From: Octopus vulgaris
Lineage: Eukaryota
Reading direction: 5' to 3'
Assembly: GCA_951406725.2 (NCBI GenBank)
Contig: OX597818.1
Coordinates: 79,732,001 to 79,796,000, forward strand
Length of the DNA stretch: 64,000 nt
Shown here in pieces: positions 40,786-53,893 of the stretch. Position 1 is the stretch's first letter; the number at the start of each line of letters is the position of its first letter. Below the pieces are notes generated by a model, which had not been told where the DNA came from, ran no database searches, and saw only the letters and a program-made list of their open reading frames with translations. The translations under genes and the position numbers were made by a program.

Positions 40786-41761
40786 CGGCAAAAAAAACAT
40801 TGTGTGCGCGTGCGCGTGTGTGTGTATTACTATGCGTGTGTATTATTGTGTGGATTTTGCGTGCAAATAGTTGTAAAAAAAAAAAGATACTAATAACATT
40901 TTAACAATGTGTCTTCTGCAATTTGGAGATGTTCAGGGGCTGCTCATGGAAAAGGCGTGTAAAAATGATGGGTGTCCTGGCCTCTGGGGTAGATATGCCT
41001 CTTCTCAGCTCCTTATCTCCTATTTATTTGCATATGCTCAGAGCAGGCCCGTTCACTCGCACTATGCTTACCACTCTCATACACCTCTCAACAAAATTAC
41101 TGGAAGGCAACAATTATTACAACCATTATTACTGGAAGGCAACCATTATTACAAAATGAAGGACTGGAAGGATCGACTGGCTTTCTGGCTTTCTGGTTAA
41201 CTCTGTGCTGTGAGAGACACCTCAGTGGTAATTGTTGAGATAGTGTTTTAAGTTGTTTATTTTTATTCATCAATACTCGAGGTGATCATGGCATTTGAGT
41301 ATCATCAACCATTCTTCATGTCCTCCGGGCTTTGGACAAATAGGGCCTGCTTTTATTGCTGGCTCAGTTGCTACATGACGTTGCCTTACATGTTTATTTG
41401 CAATTCATCTTCTATACATAAAGGCGTCACTCGGGTGAGTACCTGGACGTTATGCACTGCATCATTTTTGCGATAAAGTTGCGCCCGAGATGAAGCTACC
41501 TAGTTCAATGCTAAGAGTTACTAACATATGTTTGAAACCAGTGAAAGAGTAAAATAAATTAATCAATGACAAAGAAGAAAAAAGAATGAAATAAAATACA
41601 TGAAGAGAAACAAAGTTAAAAGAATGCTTCGTTCTTTACTATGAAGCAAAACAGGAACAATGTCTGGAATCTATTGTTCTGGAATTCGAGTAAAGATAAA
41701 CTTAACGAAGTATAACACAAAACAAACAAAATGGTAATGGAAAAAAAATTGAATAGATGTG

Positions 41762-41853
<92 letters not shown>

Positions 41854-42119
41854 TGTGTGCATCAACAAAAGAATACGTAGCGGGGTTACATAAGGCGTGG
41901 TTCGTTACATTCAAAGAAAGATATTCTAGCATTTAACATTTTCGGAAATAAAAGTGATTTCTTTCTTCCTTTCTTGATGAACATGTTACACCATTATATA
42001 TGAATATTATACAAGTATGTGTGGGTGGGGTACACCGACATACCATATACACACCCACACACATACAAAGTTTTGTGTGCTTGTGTGTGTGTATGTGCGC
42101 GTGTCTGTGTGTGTTAATG

Positions 42120-42312
42120 ATGAGAGAAGAATAATAGTTACGTGATCACTGTCACTAGCTCACAGCTGTTTCTGCTGTAAGAAGTATTACACTCAGAGCT
42201 GAGTATTAGTACGACATCCTACAGCTGCCTCGGAGTCACTTGAGAACATACATTTTATAACAGAAACAGCTTTAAGCTAATGACAGTCATTACGTAACTG
42301 TCCTTTTCTCAT
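42120..42312. repeat. Foldback element with ~60-bp arms and a decayed long-stem-II hammerhead
   Basis: Arms AGTTACGTGATCACTGTCACTAGCTCACAGCTGTTTCTG and CAGAAACAGCTTTAAGCTAATGACAGTCATTACGTAACT. Confidence 0.6.
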
Positions 42313-42635
42313 TCATTTACTGTCTGTACTGAACTGACTCTAGAGCCTTAAGTGTATTGAGTTCTAACAAATCGTTATTTGCATCGCTAGAGATTTTATC
42401 ATAACTAATGACGTTCTATAATCAACTGCTAAATTAAAAAGAAAAATTTGAAGATATATCAGTCTCCGTATTTTTGTAATTATTTTGTATATATTTTATG
42501 CGCTCGTGTGTGTGTGTGTGTGTATATGTACATATTTACATATATGCATATATATATATATATATATACATATATATCTAGGTATATATAAACATATATA
42601 TATATAGTCATATCTATACATATATACATACACTT

Positions 42636-42682
<47 letters not shown>

Positions 42683-42729
42683 TATATTTACATATATACA
42701 TATACATACACGCGCACACAAGTCATACA

Positions 42730-43520
42730 TATCCATTCATTTTCATTCTCCACCCACTTACTTGGAGAGTCGTTGAGAGTCCTCATGCCCGTTACCTATA
42801 AAATCCTGTCAGAAGAAATTGTTTGTACATTTTGCGGCTGGATTCCCAAGCGTCACCCACTGAGACTATGGATATTATCCAACCATCTCGTTCTAGTTTT
42901 ACTCTTAGATCTCCTGCGGCTTGCTTCGTTTTCAAAAATCCGTCTTGCGATTCTTTCCCGCAACATTTTAGTCCCATGCTCATAATACTGGGGTTGTGGC
43001 CTCTCAATATAGAAAAGTAGGGATTCAACCCGGAGTGGCTCATTGATCTCCGAGCTACGCACCTTGTCAAGTAACTTTACTCCAGATATCCTTCGGAGAA
43101 ACCCCACAGCAGCTTGTATCCGCGATCGTACCCTTTCGGTTATTACGCAACATTCATGAGCATAGGTGAGGATAGGCGCGAAAACCAAATTTTTTCACCA
43201 ACTTCCCATCTTCTGAGGATCGAATACTGGAGCAGATACATTTCTGTCCCAACATCTGCTATTATAGTATCCAGCTCAGTCTCGAGCTTCTCATCTCTCA
43301 TAAATACGAGTCCACGATACTTCTTCACTTGCTCTAGTGATGTTCCACTAATAAGCCGAGTGCACTGGAAAGACTTTCTTGAGAGAACCAATGTTCCAGT
43401 CTTTGTAACACTAATTCTCATCCCTACCAAGCAGCACTCGACAGCGAACCTATTCAGTGCATACAGAATCGCCTTCTGATTAACCAAATAGCAACGTGCC
43501 GCCTGCAAATATCAGCCAAC
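42730..43520 (-). mobile_element. RTE-clade LINE 3' fragment
   Basis: ORFs 43143-43508 and 42853-43188: ALNRFAVECCLVGMRISVTKT, VFAPILTYAHEC, GFLRRISG, RTRWLD. AATG-like tail at ~42735. Confidence 0.9.
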
Positions 43521-43599
43521 CGATCTACGCCCACCAGTTTTGATACCACTTCCACAACAGCTGCGCTTGTCAATCGAATTAGTAAAAAAAAATCATAGA

Positions 43600-44080
43600 T
43601 AGATGACAGTACATCACCCACGTTTAAAGCTTTCGACATTCACACAAAGGCGGGAAGTGGATATCACGACACTTACAGATAAAAAGCTGGAGCTAGGGAA
43701 GGCCTCGGCATCCAAGTGGTCGATTCGAGACTATCTCCGCGTAAACACCTGTCAACAGGTGGTCACTCGCAGAACAGCGGCTCCGTTTATTGTCGAACTT
43801 CCCTATTCGCAACGCGATCAGGTGTCTGCGTATATACGTGGCGTACCAGACAAGGTATTCCAAATGCTACAACTATTACATTGTTAGCACGATTCGACCA
43901 CTCCACGTTCGACTGAAGATATTACCTGACTACCAACGCGTCTACCTTTCGCAAACACTTAACCAAATGCGGCAACACCACCAAAGAGATAGACTGGCCT
44001 CGGAGAGAAACACAGAAGATCTCCGTATTAAAGAACCATTGCTGTTTCACAATCAATAGTCGATGGGAGTTGGGCCGGTG
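43600..44080 (+). mobile_element. Penelope-like element relic with GIY-YIG endonuclease
   Basis: ORF 43790-44059: CLRIYVAYQTRYSKCYNYYIVSTIRPLHVRLK resembles the PLE consensus C....VVY.I.C..C...YIG.T.R.L..R..EH. The later LRIKEPLL resembles L.IKEAL.I. Confidence 0.7.
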
Positions 44081-45974
44081 GCTCCTGTGAATAGTCTCCC
44101 AAACACTCACTGCGTCACTGCGGCCACAACCAACACCCTCATCACTACGACGGTGATTAGCGCTATTTCCTATCAGCACCATATTCGCCGCCACCACCCC
44201 CTCCATACCACTATACCTGCCGCGACGAGAAACGTTTATTATTGTTGATCGTTATCAACCACTTTGATACTACTGTTACAAGAATATACTCCACTAACGT
44301 CAAGTTACAGCTGGTCATCACCGCAAACACTGCTGCCAGCGCCATTGTCCCCAACGTGATTTCTATGACACTATCTACACCAACATTTGGAAATCTGCTG
44401 CGGCTAACTCAAACACCGGACTATACAAAATGGTAGGATCTACGTAAATACACATTTCTTTGACTGTATTTTCTTGAAGGGTGGGGGCCTTCGTACCCGA
44501 AATATGAACGTTTTTTAAAACTTTCTGCATTGATAGTAGCTTTCTTTATTTCTAATTGCATCCATTTTTCTACTTACTTATGTGTGTGTGTGTGTGTGTG
44601 TGTGTTTAATGTATGTATGTATGTATATGTGTATGTCTGTTTGTCTTTGTGTGTCCCCTTAACGTAGCAGCTCGGCCAAAGAACCGATAAAATATGTAGA
44701 CTTAAAAGAAATTTGTATCGGTTTCATTTATTCGACTAAACCCCTTCAAGGCGGTGCTCCAGCATGACCACAGTCGAGTGAAGCAAGTAAAAGATATAAT
44801 ATACTCTCAATTATTTTATTAAACCATGGTGTTGGCAGAATCGGTATTTAATTACGTCACATAAGGTTTTGAGTTAAAGTTTTATTGTGGTCTTGTGAAG
44901 AGGATAAAATTGAGCATTGGTGTCTATGTTTGTGTGATGCATTATAGATGTGAATGGAATAATAATACAAAACTTGAATAACGGTGCTTCATTTCTTTAC
45001 TGTAATAGAGTTTCACTGATTCCATTAACCGTATCCTCTTTCTTACAGAAATTACTTTTGTCGTTATAAAAATCAGAATTATTTCGAAATATTCCGAGTG
45101 TCATGTGAGGGTGAAACATAAAACAGTGAATTCAACAGCCTTGCCGCATTTAATTATGAACCGTTACGTTTTATTTCAAATTTCTACTGGAGCAGAATTT
45201 GCCTTTCCTACTTTCCGGGTAGGAAAATTTAAAATAAAAATACAATGGAAGTACAGGATCAATCCAATTGGCTACATACTCCCACAAATTTCAGGCATTC
45301 TGTTCATGTTCATAAACCATCATCTCTACATGTTAACGAGATGTTACTTGCTTTCTCGACCTGCTAGAAATAGCAACCAAATTTCCCTCAAATACAGCCT
45401 TTCATATGAAAAAAATGGACTAATTTGAAGACATCTGATAGTCGATAGCTGTAAAATACAAATGGACACGGTTGAATGCCATTGAACATAATTCTGTCCA
45501 ACCAGTGTGAAAATACACCTAGAAACTACAACGAACCAATACATTATAATTTCAAATATTTTCTAAATTCAATTAGAATCTCTCTAGAATTCCACGAATC
45601 TATTTAAGGTTAGATCTTGATGGCCAACTAATTTAGAGGAGAATCCCAAAGAATGCTAGTCTTTCTTGAAAGTATGAACAATCCGTTAAAGATTATAACG
45701 AGATTAACACAGTTCATTGCATTCTTCTTGTCTTTGAGGCTACAACATGGATATATTCTGGGACAACAAAAATGGCGCCATACTTAATCAAGACGTCTGA
45801 AAAAGACGTGATAATTAAATGAAGATAGAGCCAATCAGACATCAAGCGTAGTCTTCTCTTATGAAAGAAATGTTTAAATTGGACCAGTATGTCAATTGAC
45901 AAATTGCTTTGAAACAACAAAGCTAATAGCTTTAATCCTAAACTAGAAAATTGTAGGCAATATTTAGATATTGA

Positions 45975-46419
45975 TAAGGCGGTGAGCTAGCAGAATCGTT
46001 GGCACGCCAGGCAAAATGCTTAGCGGCATTTCTTCCGTCTTTACGTTCTTCAACTTCTCCCGAGGTCTATTTTGCATTTCATCTTTTCGGAGTCGATAAA
46101 ATAAGTACCAGTTGAACACTGGGCTCAATGCAATCGACTTAACCCCCGCCCCCGAAATTACTGGCCTTGTGCTAAAATTTGAAACTAATATTTAAATATT
46201 GTTAAGGCGGCTAGCTGACAGAATCGTTGAGCTCACCGGGCTAAATACTTAGCAAGCATTTCGCTCATCTTTATGTCCTATGTTGAAATGCTGCCGGTAT
46301 CGACTTTGCCTTTCATCCTGTCGGTATCGATAAAATAATTTCCAGTTGAGCACTGGGGTCGATTTAATCGACTTAGCTCCTCCCCTGAGATTACTGACCT
46401 TGTGTCAATATTTGAAAAT
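45975..46419 (+). mobile_element. Two tandem SINE family D copies, separated and flanked by the same 16-bp sequence
   Basis: AATATTTAGATATTGA at 45959-45974 and 46420-46435; variant AATATTTAAATATTGT at 46187-46202. Confidence 0.85.
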
Positions 46420-46589
46420 AATATTTAGATATTGACTAACATTTAGATATATAAAGATTCAGGGTAGAGAATGGGTAAGGGCGGTGGATTATCAGCCATC
46501 ATCAGAATTGCGGAGAAAATACTTTACAGTATTGAGTGCGAGATCGTCTTTAATTTTCAATTCCTCAGGAACAATAAAAAGGATAATGC

Positions 46590-46780
46590 CCCTAACCGAT
46601 TCCTATAGACCAATAGGACCAGTTTTCCGGTTTCTGCTGCGTATATATTTCCACTTAAACCGGATTCCTGTCCGTCGCAGGATTACTCATTTTTGCCAAA
46701 TGAGTGGACTGGAACAATGGAAACCACCTTCTTATGATCATGAGTCCAACACAAGCCTAACCACTAAAAACACGTGCCTC
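46590..46780 (-). mobile_element. Diverged SINE family C
   Basis: TTACTCATTTTTGCCAAATGAGTGGACTGGAACAA...CCTAACCACTAA..CACGTGCCTC. Confidence 0.7.
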
Positions 46781-48200
46781 TCCTCTCAGGAGAACAATAG
46801 ATAAAAATAACAAAATCGTCATCTGTGTATCAAACTAAATGTATACTCACAGATAGGGGGTATTGTGCTACAGAATTATCTGAAATAAAATATCATTGAC
46901 TAGTTGTGGTTAAGATACAATATATATTGGAGCGAGACGAACATCATCTCTACAACGACTCACAAGAACGACAAATGCGTTTTGTCTTAGTTGAAGTTTG
47001 CCAGCGCTATGCACTCGATTATCATCAGTTCAAGAAAATCTGTGCTTCGATATATTGAAAACAATGAATAAAATAGTCAGTGATAATTGCGGAAGTTTTC
47101 CGGGCTGCAGATAATTGGGTGTACACAAATGAAACAGCATTGAATCAAAATCGCCATTTATGTATCACACTAAATGTATGCACAGCGTTTGAAGGCATGA
47201 TGTAGTAGAATTGTGTTAACGTACAATGTATATCAGATCGAAACAAACATCGCCATTTGCACGAATCAAAAGCATGATGTACATATTCTTTCTTATTACC
47301 TGGCTGATTCGAACTTGTATATGCAAATCGCTGTTATATTCTGCCTACGAAAAGCAAAGTTCACAATACACACGATTCATTATGGTAAGGAAGCTTTAAG
47401 ACACTGCTGTGCTTTTACTTGTTATTTTTTCTTCTCTTCAGTCATTCTCGGATCCATTAGCAAAACAAGATTTGTAACTCTTTTTTCATAGAAATCAACA
47501 CTGACCTACATGTTCATTCCTAATATGATAATCTTTGTTATATTTAATACAAATACTGAAATAGATCTAATCGACAGTAGATTCCTCCAAAAGTGGCATT
47601 GTTTCGCTGTTAAAAGTCAATTCTTGGATAAATATCAATACTTGGATAAAAAGTCAATACTTGGATAAAAATTTCTCTGCAAACAAATTGGCTTGCATAC
47701 TTGAGCGACAAACATCATGTTTAATATTGTTAGCTATAATGGGGATGCTGAGAGTAGTATCTTCAGAGTGACAGACAAAGCTTTTCTATTATAAATCTTT
47801 ATTAACTGCACGCACATGTACGTGCGCGCGATCAAACACACACACACACAAAAACAAACAACCCCCCCACACACACACACACATACACAGGCCCATTACG
47901 TGGTATTGAAAAGTCACAAAAATGACGAAACATCGATCTCTATCGTTCCCGAATGTGACCTGACGCAAGTTATCTCGCTTGTCTATGACTTCCAGGTGTT
48001 TCAACACCAGGCACATTAATGAGAATATATTCTCTTACGCCTATAAGCGCAGCCTACCTACGAACTAGTGTGTATGTGATCGATATTCCTTATATCCATC
48101 GAGCTACTTCAAATTCATATATATCTCCCCTTGCGTGGAACTATGACCCCGTGTTAATCAATGCCTGGTGAGACAGAAACTGTATGAAAGCTCGCCGTAT

Positions 48201-48254
<54 letters not shown>

Positions 48255-48891
48255 CATATATATGTATTTATATATATTGAATATGTATGTGTGTCTTTTT
48301 TTTTTTGTCCCTCCACCTGTATCGCTTCACAATCAGTGTTGGTTTGCTTACGTACACGTAATGTAGCCGTTTGACAAAAGATACAGATAGAATAAGTAAC
48401 AGGCTTAGAAATACGTATTGGGGTCAACTTGCTCGACTAAACACTTGAAGGTGGTGCCCTATCATGGCCGCAGTTAGTCCTTTGAGTAAAACATATATAT
48501 ATATATATATATATATCAGTGACGGAAGTTACTGGGAAAAACAATAAGTATTTGCAAACAGGTCTCCCTTCATCGAAAACCGGTGATTGTCGTACGTTGA
48601 CAAGAGGCAAATACATCGAATCTGCAGTCCGTGCGTATCACTTAGGTTTACGAGAGAGGAATGACCTCCCTTTGCAAATACCATAAGGGTACAGATAGTG
48701 TGCCTAAAGCCAGCTGGAGACGATGATCTCCTGGGGCTAAAAGCTACAGTAACACCCACCCTTAGTGGTTAGCCATATTGAGATGACTAGTCTACTTTAC
48801 GTTGTCGAGCGGTTACTGTTTACATCTCGTTCAGAGATTTATTATTGCTTGCAGACAATTTATATATATATATATATATATTAATTTAATA

Positions 48892-49722
48892 ATATTAATT
48901 TAATAATACCATCTATTTAACACCAAGAGGCTTAGCACATAAAAACCAGGGATACAATACAAATTTATACATAAATAATAGAGAGCGACCACTATGTGGT
49001 CTACTCTTGTGCTAAAAATATATCCACTATGGTATAGCCACTAAAAATTTGTTTCCAAGGAGAAATAACATAACATTTAACGTGGGGCAAGTTAAAAATA
49101 ACGAAAAAATAGATTAACCCTGAACAATTGTTTCATTATTAACGTAAATGCAATTTTACTTACACAACATCCATAAATCATCAGCAGGAGTTTGTCTTAA
49201 ATACAATTTATTAAATCGCTCGTTATATTTTGACGCAGCGCCAAAATACACGTGCGGTTCGATCAATTGCATTAGTAGCTATGATTCAAATTCCCCCGCC
49301 AAAAGTATAAGACTACTGGAAACAAATACCGCATAAAATATTTACTGCAGTATAATTAAATTTATAAATGAGGGTGAAAAATTTGATATTAATTTAATAA
49401 TACCATCTATTTAACACCAAGTGGCTTAGCACATAAAAACCAGGGATACAATACAAATTTATACATAAATATGAGAGAGCGACCACTATGTGGTCTACTC
49501 TGGTGCTGATGATTTATGAATGTTGTGTAAGTAAAATTGCTTTTACATTAATAATGAAACAATTGTTCAGGGTTAATCTATTTTTTCGTTATTTTTCACT
49601 TGCCCCACGTTAAATGTTATGTTATTTCTCCTTGGAAACAATTTTTAGTGGCTATACCATAGTGGATCTATTTTTAGCACTAGAGTAGACCACATAGTGG
49701 TCGCTCTCTCAGATTTATGTAT
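48892..49722. repeat. Compound element with a 122-bp direct repeat and a 220-bp inverted repeat (Penelope-like architecture)
   Basis: 48892-49013 is repeated at 49386-49507, and 48967-49186 is inverted at 49504-49722. Confidence 0.85.
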
Positions 49723-49900
49723 TCTTTCTTTTACTTTCTTTTACTTGTTTCAGTCATTTGACTGCGGCCATGCTGGAGCACCGCCTTTAGTCGAGCAAAT
49801 CGACCCCGGGACTTATTCTTTGTAAGCCCAGTACTTATTCTATCGGTCTCTTTTTGCCGAACCGCTAAGTGACGGGGATGTAAACACACCAGCACACAAG

Positions 49901-49952
<52 letters not shown>

Positions 49953-50115
49953 TACGACAGGCTTCTTTCAGTTTCCGTCTACCAAATCCACTCACAAGGC
50001 ATTGGTCGGCCCGGGGCTATAGCAGAAGACACTTGCCCAAAGTGCCACGTAGTGGGACTGAACCCGGAACCATGTGGTTGGTTAGCAAGCTACTTACCAC
50101 ACAGCCACTCCTGCG

Positions 50116-50117
<2 letters not shown>
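49721..50117 (-). mobile_element. SINE family A, full length, well preserved
   Basis: Minus: GGCGCAGGAGTGGCTGTGTGGTAAG...GGGTTCAGTCCC..., internal (TA)n, ...GACTGAAACAAGTAAAAG. Confidence 0.92.
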
Positions 50118-50162
<45 letters not shown>

Positions 50163-50167
<5 letters not shown>

Positions 50168-51411
50168 TGGAGAAGAGAAATAACGCGTGCGTTCGGTCAT
50201 ATAGTAATATGATAAATAAATAAAATATATGCATATATACATACATATATGTACATATTTACATCTACAAGTATATATACATGCATATATATATATATAT
50301 ATATATATGAGTACAGGACACCACAAATAAACGTAGAACACAACGAGAGACGAGAACATAAAATCAAACAAGGAAACGGACTTTTTTTAAACAACGAAGA
50401 AACAGAGTACAGGACAAACAATACAAGGAAAATTCCCCTTCATCAGCTGTCCCTGGATCGACTCAAAGTGTGTTTCGAAGGTAAGGACAGAACACAGTCG
50501 AAGCAGTCCTTCCTGCAAAAGGAATTAAATAAAATTATTTTGCAGAGGGTAAAACAAGTGACAAAAACAGGACGTAAAAGCAATACAAATGAAGAAAAAA
50601 ACAATACAAATGAAGAAAAAACAGTACAAATAAAGAAACAGGACAGGAAACAGACAATAAGGGCTTTTTTTGCCTGGACGGTGGAAAAATTAGTTAGAAC
50701 GTATGTGAAAAATCGGCTTACGAAGGACAGAAGTCGATCTATACTTGTTGAAGGACGAAGCTGAAAGAAAGTTTTAGCAACCCTCTGGTTAGGAGGAGGA
50801 TGAGGGAGAGAGAGAGAGGGGGGAAATAAACCAGAAAGGGTGAAAAATAAGAAGGAGAGAGACAAGTAGAGAGAAAGACAGACAGGCAGGGAGGAAATTT
50901 CAAAGAGTGCGCGTCGTGATGATTCAAATAAAAACTTGGAGAAGAGAAATAACGCGTGCGTTCGGTCATATAGTAATATAATAAATAAATAAAATATATG
51001 CATATATACATACATATATGTACATACTTACATCTACATGTATATATACATGCATATATATATATATATATATGAGTACAGGACACCACAAATAAACGTA
51101 GAACACAACGAGAGACGAGAACATAAAATCAAATAAGGAAACGGACTTTTTTTAAACAACGAAAAAACAGAGTACAGGACAAACAAAACAAGGAAAATTC
51201 CCCTTCATCAGCTGTCTCTGGTTCGACTCAAAGTGTGTTTCGAAGGTAAGGACAGAACACAGTCGAATCAATCCTTCCTGCAAAAGGAATTAAATAAAAT
51301 TATTTTGCAGAGGGTAAAACAAGTGACAAAAACAGGACGTAAAAGCAATACAAATGAAGAAAAAACAATACAAATGAAGAAAACACAGTACAAATAAAGA
51401 AACAGGACAGG
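50163..51411. repeat. Partial tandem (1.6 copies, ~769-bp period) of a Penelope-like terminal-repeat unit
   Basis: 50163-50647 is repeated at 50932-51411 with few differences. Each copy has an internal (TA)n and a minus-strand CTGATGAAGGGG. Confidence 0.85.
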
Positions 51412-51723
51412 GAACTGTATATAGCATTATATTATATTAATATAATATCATATATTGTATTATATTTTATCATATTATATACGTATCTATCTAACTATAT
51501 ATATATATATATAGTTTTTGTATTGAACGCAAGCACTTTCGTTGTTTAGTTTATTTCAAACGTTCTTGTTAAGGGTTTTCGGTAATAAATCCATTGTACG
51601 AATTACATTATAACACGTATGTTTGAAAACGTGAACAGTCGAAGCTCTTAATACACAGACACACACACACATACACACACACACAGACATTCATACACAC
51701 ATATACATACACACACATACATA

Positions 51724-51767
<44 letters not shown>

Positions 51768-51922
51768 CACACACACACATATACATAATAACATACACAT
51801 GTATATGCGAATACATTATTTTTAGATAGATACATACATACATACATATATGCATACATACATACATACATACATACATTCATACATACATACATACATA
51901 CATACATACATACATACATACA

Positions 51923-51972
<50 letters not shown>

Positions 51973-52561
51973 CACGCACATATACACACATATATATATA
52001 TAAAGAGAGAGTGAGAGAAAGAAAACGAGCGAGCGAGAGAACCGGAACGCTGGTGTAGTCCTCATTTCATCTGACTAATTCAGCGCAACATCACGCTCGG
52101 TTGGTAGAAATGAAGTTGAGCATAAAAAGAGGCGAAAGAAAATGCTATCTCGTTGATCCAATGTATATCAGTCATTATGCTGAGACTTTTCACGCTCACT
52201 GATGATGATGATGACGATGATGATGATGATGATGAGGAGGAGGAGGAGGAGGAGGAGGACGACGACGACGACGACGACGGCGGTGGTGGTGACGACGACG
52301 ATGATGACGACGACGATGATGATAATGATGATGATAACGATGACGATGACGATGATGATATGATGCTGCTGATGAAAGCGTCGACGAGAGAATGGCATCG
52401 GCGACGACGATAATGACAATGACAACGATGACAACGAGGATAGCAGTGATAGTGCTGGTGATGGTAGTGTTGGTACTGTTGTTGTTGTTTTTCGAGCAAG
52501 TTGAAACTTCGAAGTCACCCTCAAACTTTTCTTTTTATAAGTTTATATTTATGTACTCTAC

Positions 52562-52863
52562 GACTTATTCTTTGTAAGCCTAGTACTTATTCTATAGATC
52601 TCTTTTACCGAACCACTAAGTTACGGGGACGCAAACACACCAGCATCGGATGTCAAGCGATGTTGGGGAGACAAACAAACACACACACATATATAAATAT
52701 ACATATATACAATGGGCTTCTTTCAGTTTCCGTCTACCAAATCCACTGACAAGGCTTTGGTCGGCCCGAGGCTATAGTAGAAGACACTTGCCACGCAATG
52801 AGACTGAACCCGGAACCATGTGGTTGGTAATCAAGCTACTTACCACACTGCCACTCCCGCGCC
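52562..52863 (-). mobile_element. SINE family A, 3'-truncated
   Basis: Aligns with 49810-50117. Confidence 0.85.
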
Positions 52864-52900
52864 TATATATAATTTCACATAAAAACATTTATGTGTGTGT

Positions 52901-52938
<38 letters not shown>

Positions 52939-52944
52939 GTGTGC

Positions 52945-52999
<55 letters not shown>

Positions 53000-53004
53000 G
53001 GTAT

Positions 53005-53322
53005 GCGGCTTAGTGATTAGGGTAATCGGCTCACGACTGTAGGGTCATGTATTCGATTCTCGGCTGCGCGTTATGTCCTTGAGCAAAGTACTTTCTTTCA
53101 CATTGCTCCAATCCGATCAGCTGGCAAACGTATGTTGTACATGTAATTTAAAGGGCCGGTCTTGTCATATTCTGTATAATGCTTAATATCCCTGAAAATT
53201 GCGTTAAGGATACGCGCGTCTGTGGAATGCTCAGAGACTTGCACGTTAATTTCACGAGCAGGCGCTTTCGTTGGTCGGATCAACTGGAACCCTCGTCGTT
53301 GTAACCGACGAAGCGCCAGCTT
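53005..53322 (+). mobile_element. SINE with family C-like head and a distinct long tail
   Basis: GCGGCTTAGTGATTAGGG...TTCGATTC...GTCCTTGAGCAAAG..TTTCACATTGCTCCAATCCGATCAGCTGGCAAA, then a tail unlike family C. Confidence 0.7.
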
Positions 53323-53441
53323 TCTATGGGCATATACGTACATATATAAGTGTGCGTGTGTATGTGCGTATGTGTGTATCGATTTGTCTGTAAGCGCATA
53401 TATATCCATACATACATACAGGCGCACACAACACACACTCA

Positions 53442-53510
<69 letters not shown>

Positions 53511-53609
53511 GTATGTATACACACACACACACACATATATATATATGTATATATATATACAAAGACATCAGAGACAGAAAATAGAATTCACGATACTCTT
53601 TATTCAGAA

Positions 53610-53712
53610 CCACTACAACCGTTTCGACCCATCATGCACCAGTACTCTACAGGTGAGATCCTATAAAAACAATTGTCATGCATCATAGGTGCAGATGCAT
53701 CTCCTCAGGTGA
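53610..53712 (-). ncRNA. Type I hammerhead ribozyme motif, canonical core with extended stem II
   Basis: Minus: TCAC-CTGAGGA-GATGCATCTGCACC...GGTGCATGATGGGTC-GAAA-CGGTTG-TA-GTGG, with AATAAA about 5 nt further on. Confidence 0.65.
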
Positions 53713-53893
53713 CTTTTCAAAAAGTACCTCATTTTTTATATGTTGTTTCGCCTATTTCTATAACAACACATTTTGGTTAGCATAGCATACTATCTGTCTC
53801 TACAGAGAACTGAGATATAATGAAGAATACTTCTCGTATAAGTAATAGAATAATGTTTACAAGGATGGGAGAATAAGGGATCAAAAAATAAGA

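Noticed and set aside
48520-48857. TG...CA-bounded segment between TA tracts as a solo LTR
   Set aside because: No matching TSD and no second copy in the window.
50249-51015. 171-aa and 190-aa ORFs in the tandem unit
   Set aside because: They start in microsatellite, are compositionally biased and show no recognisable motif.
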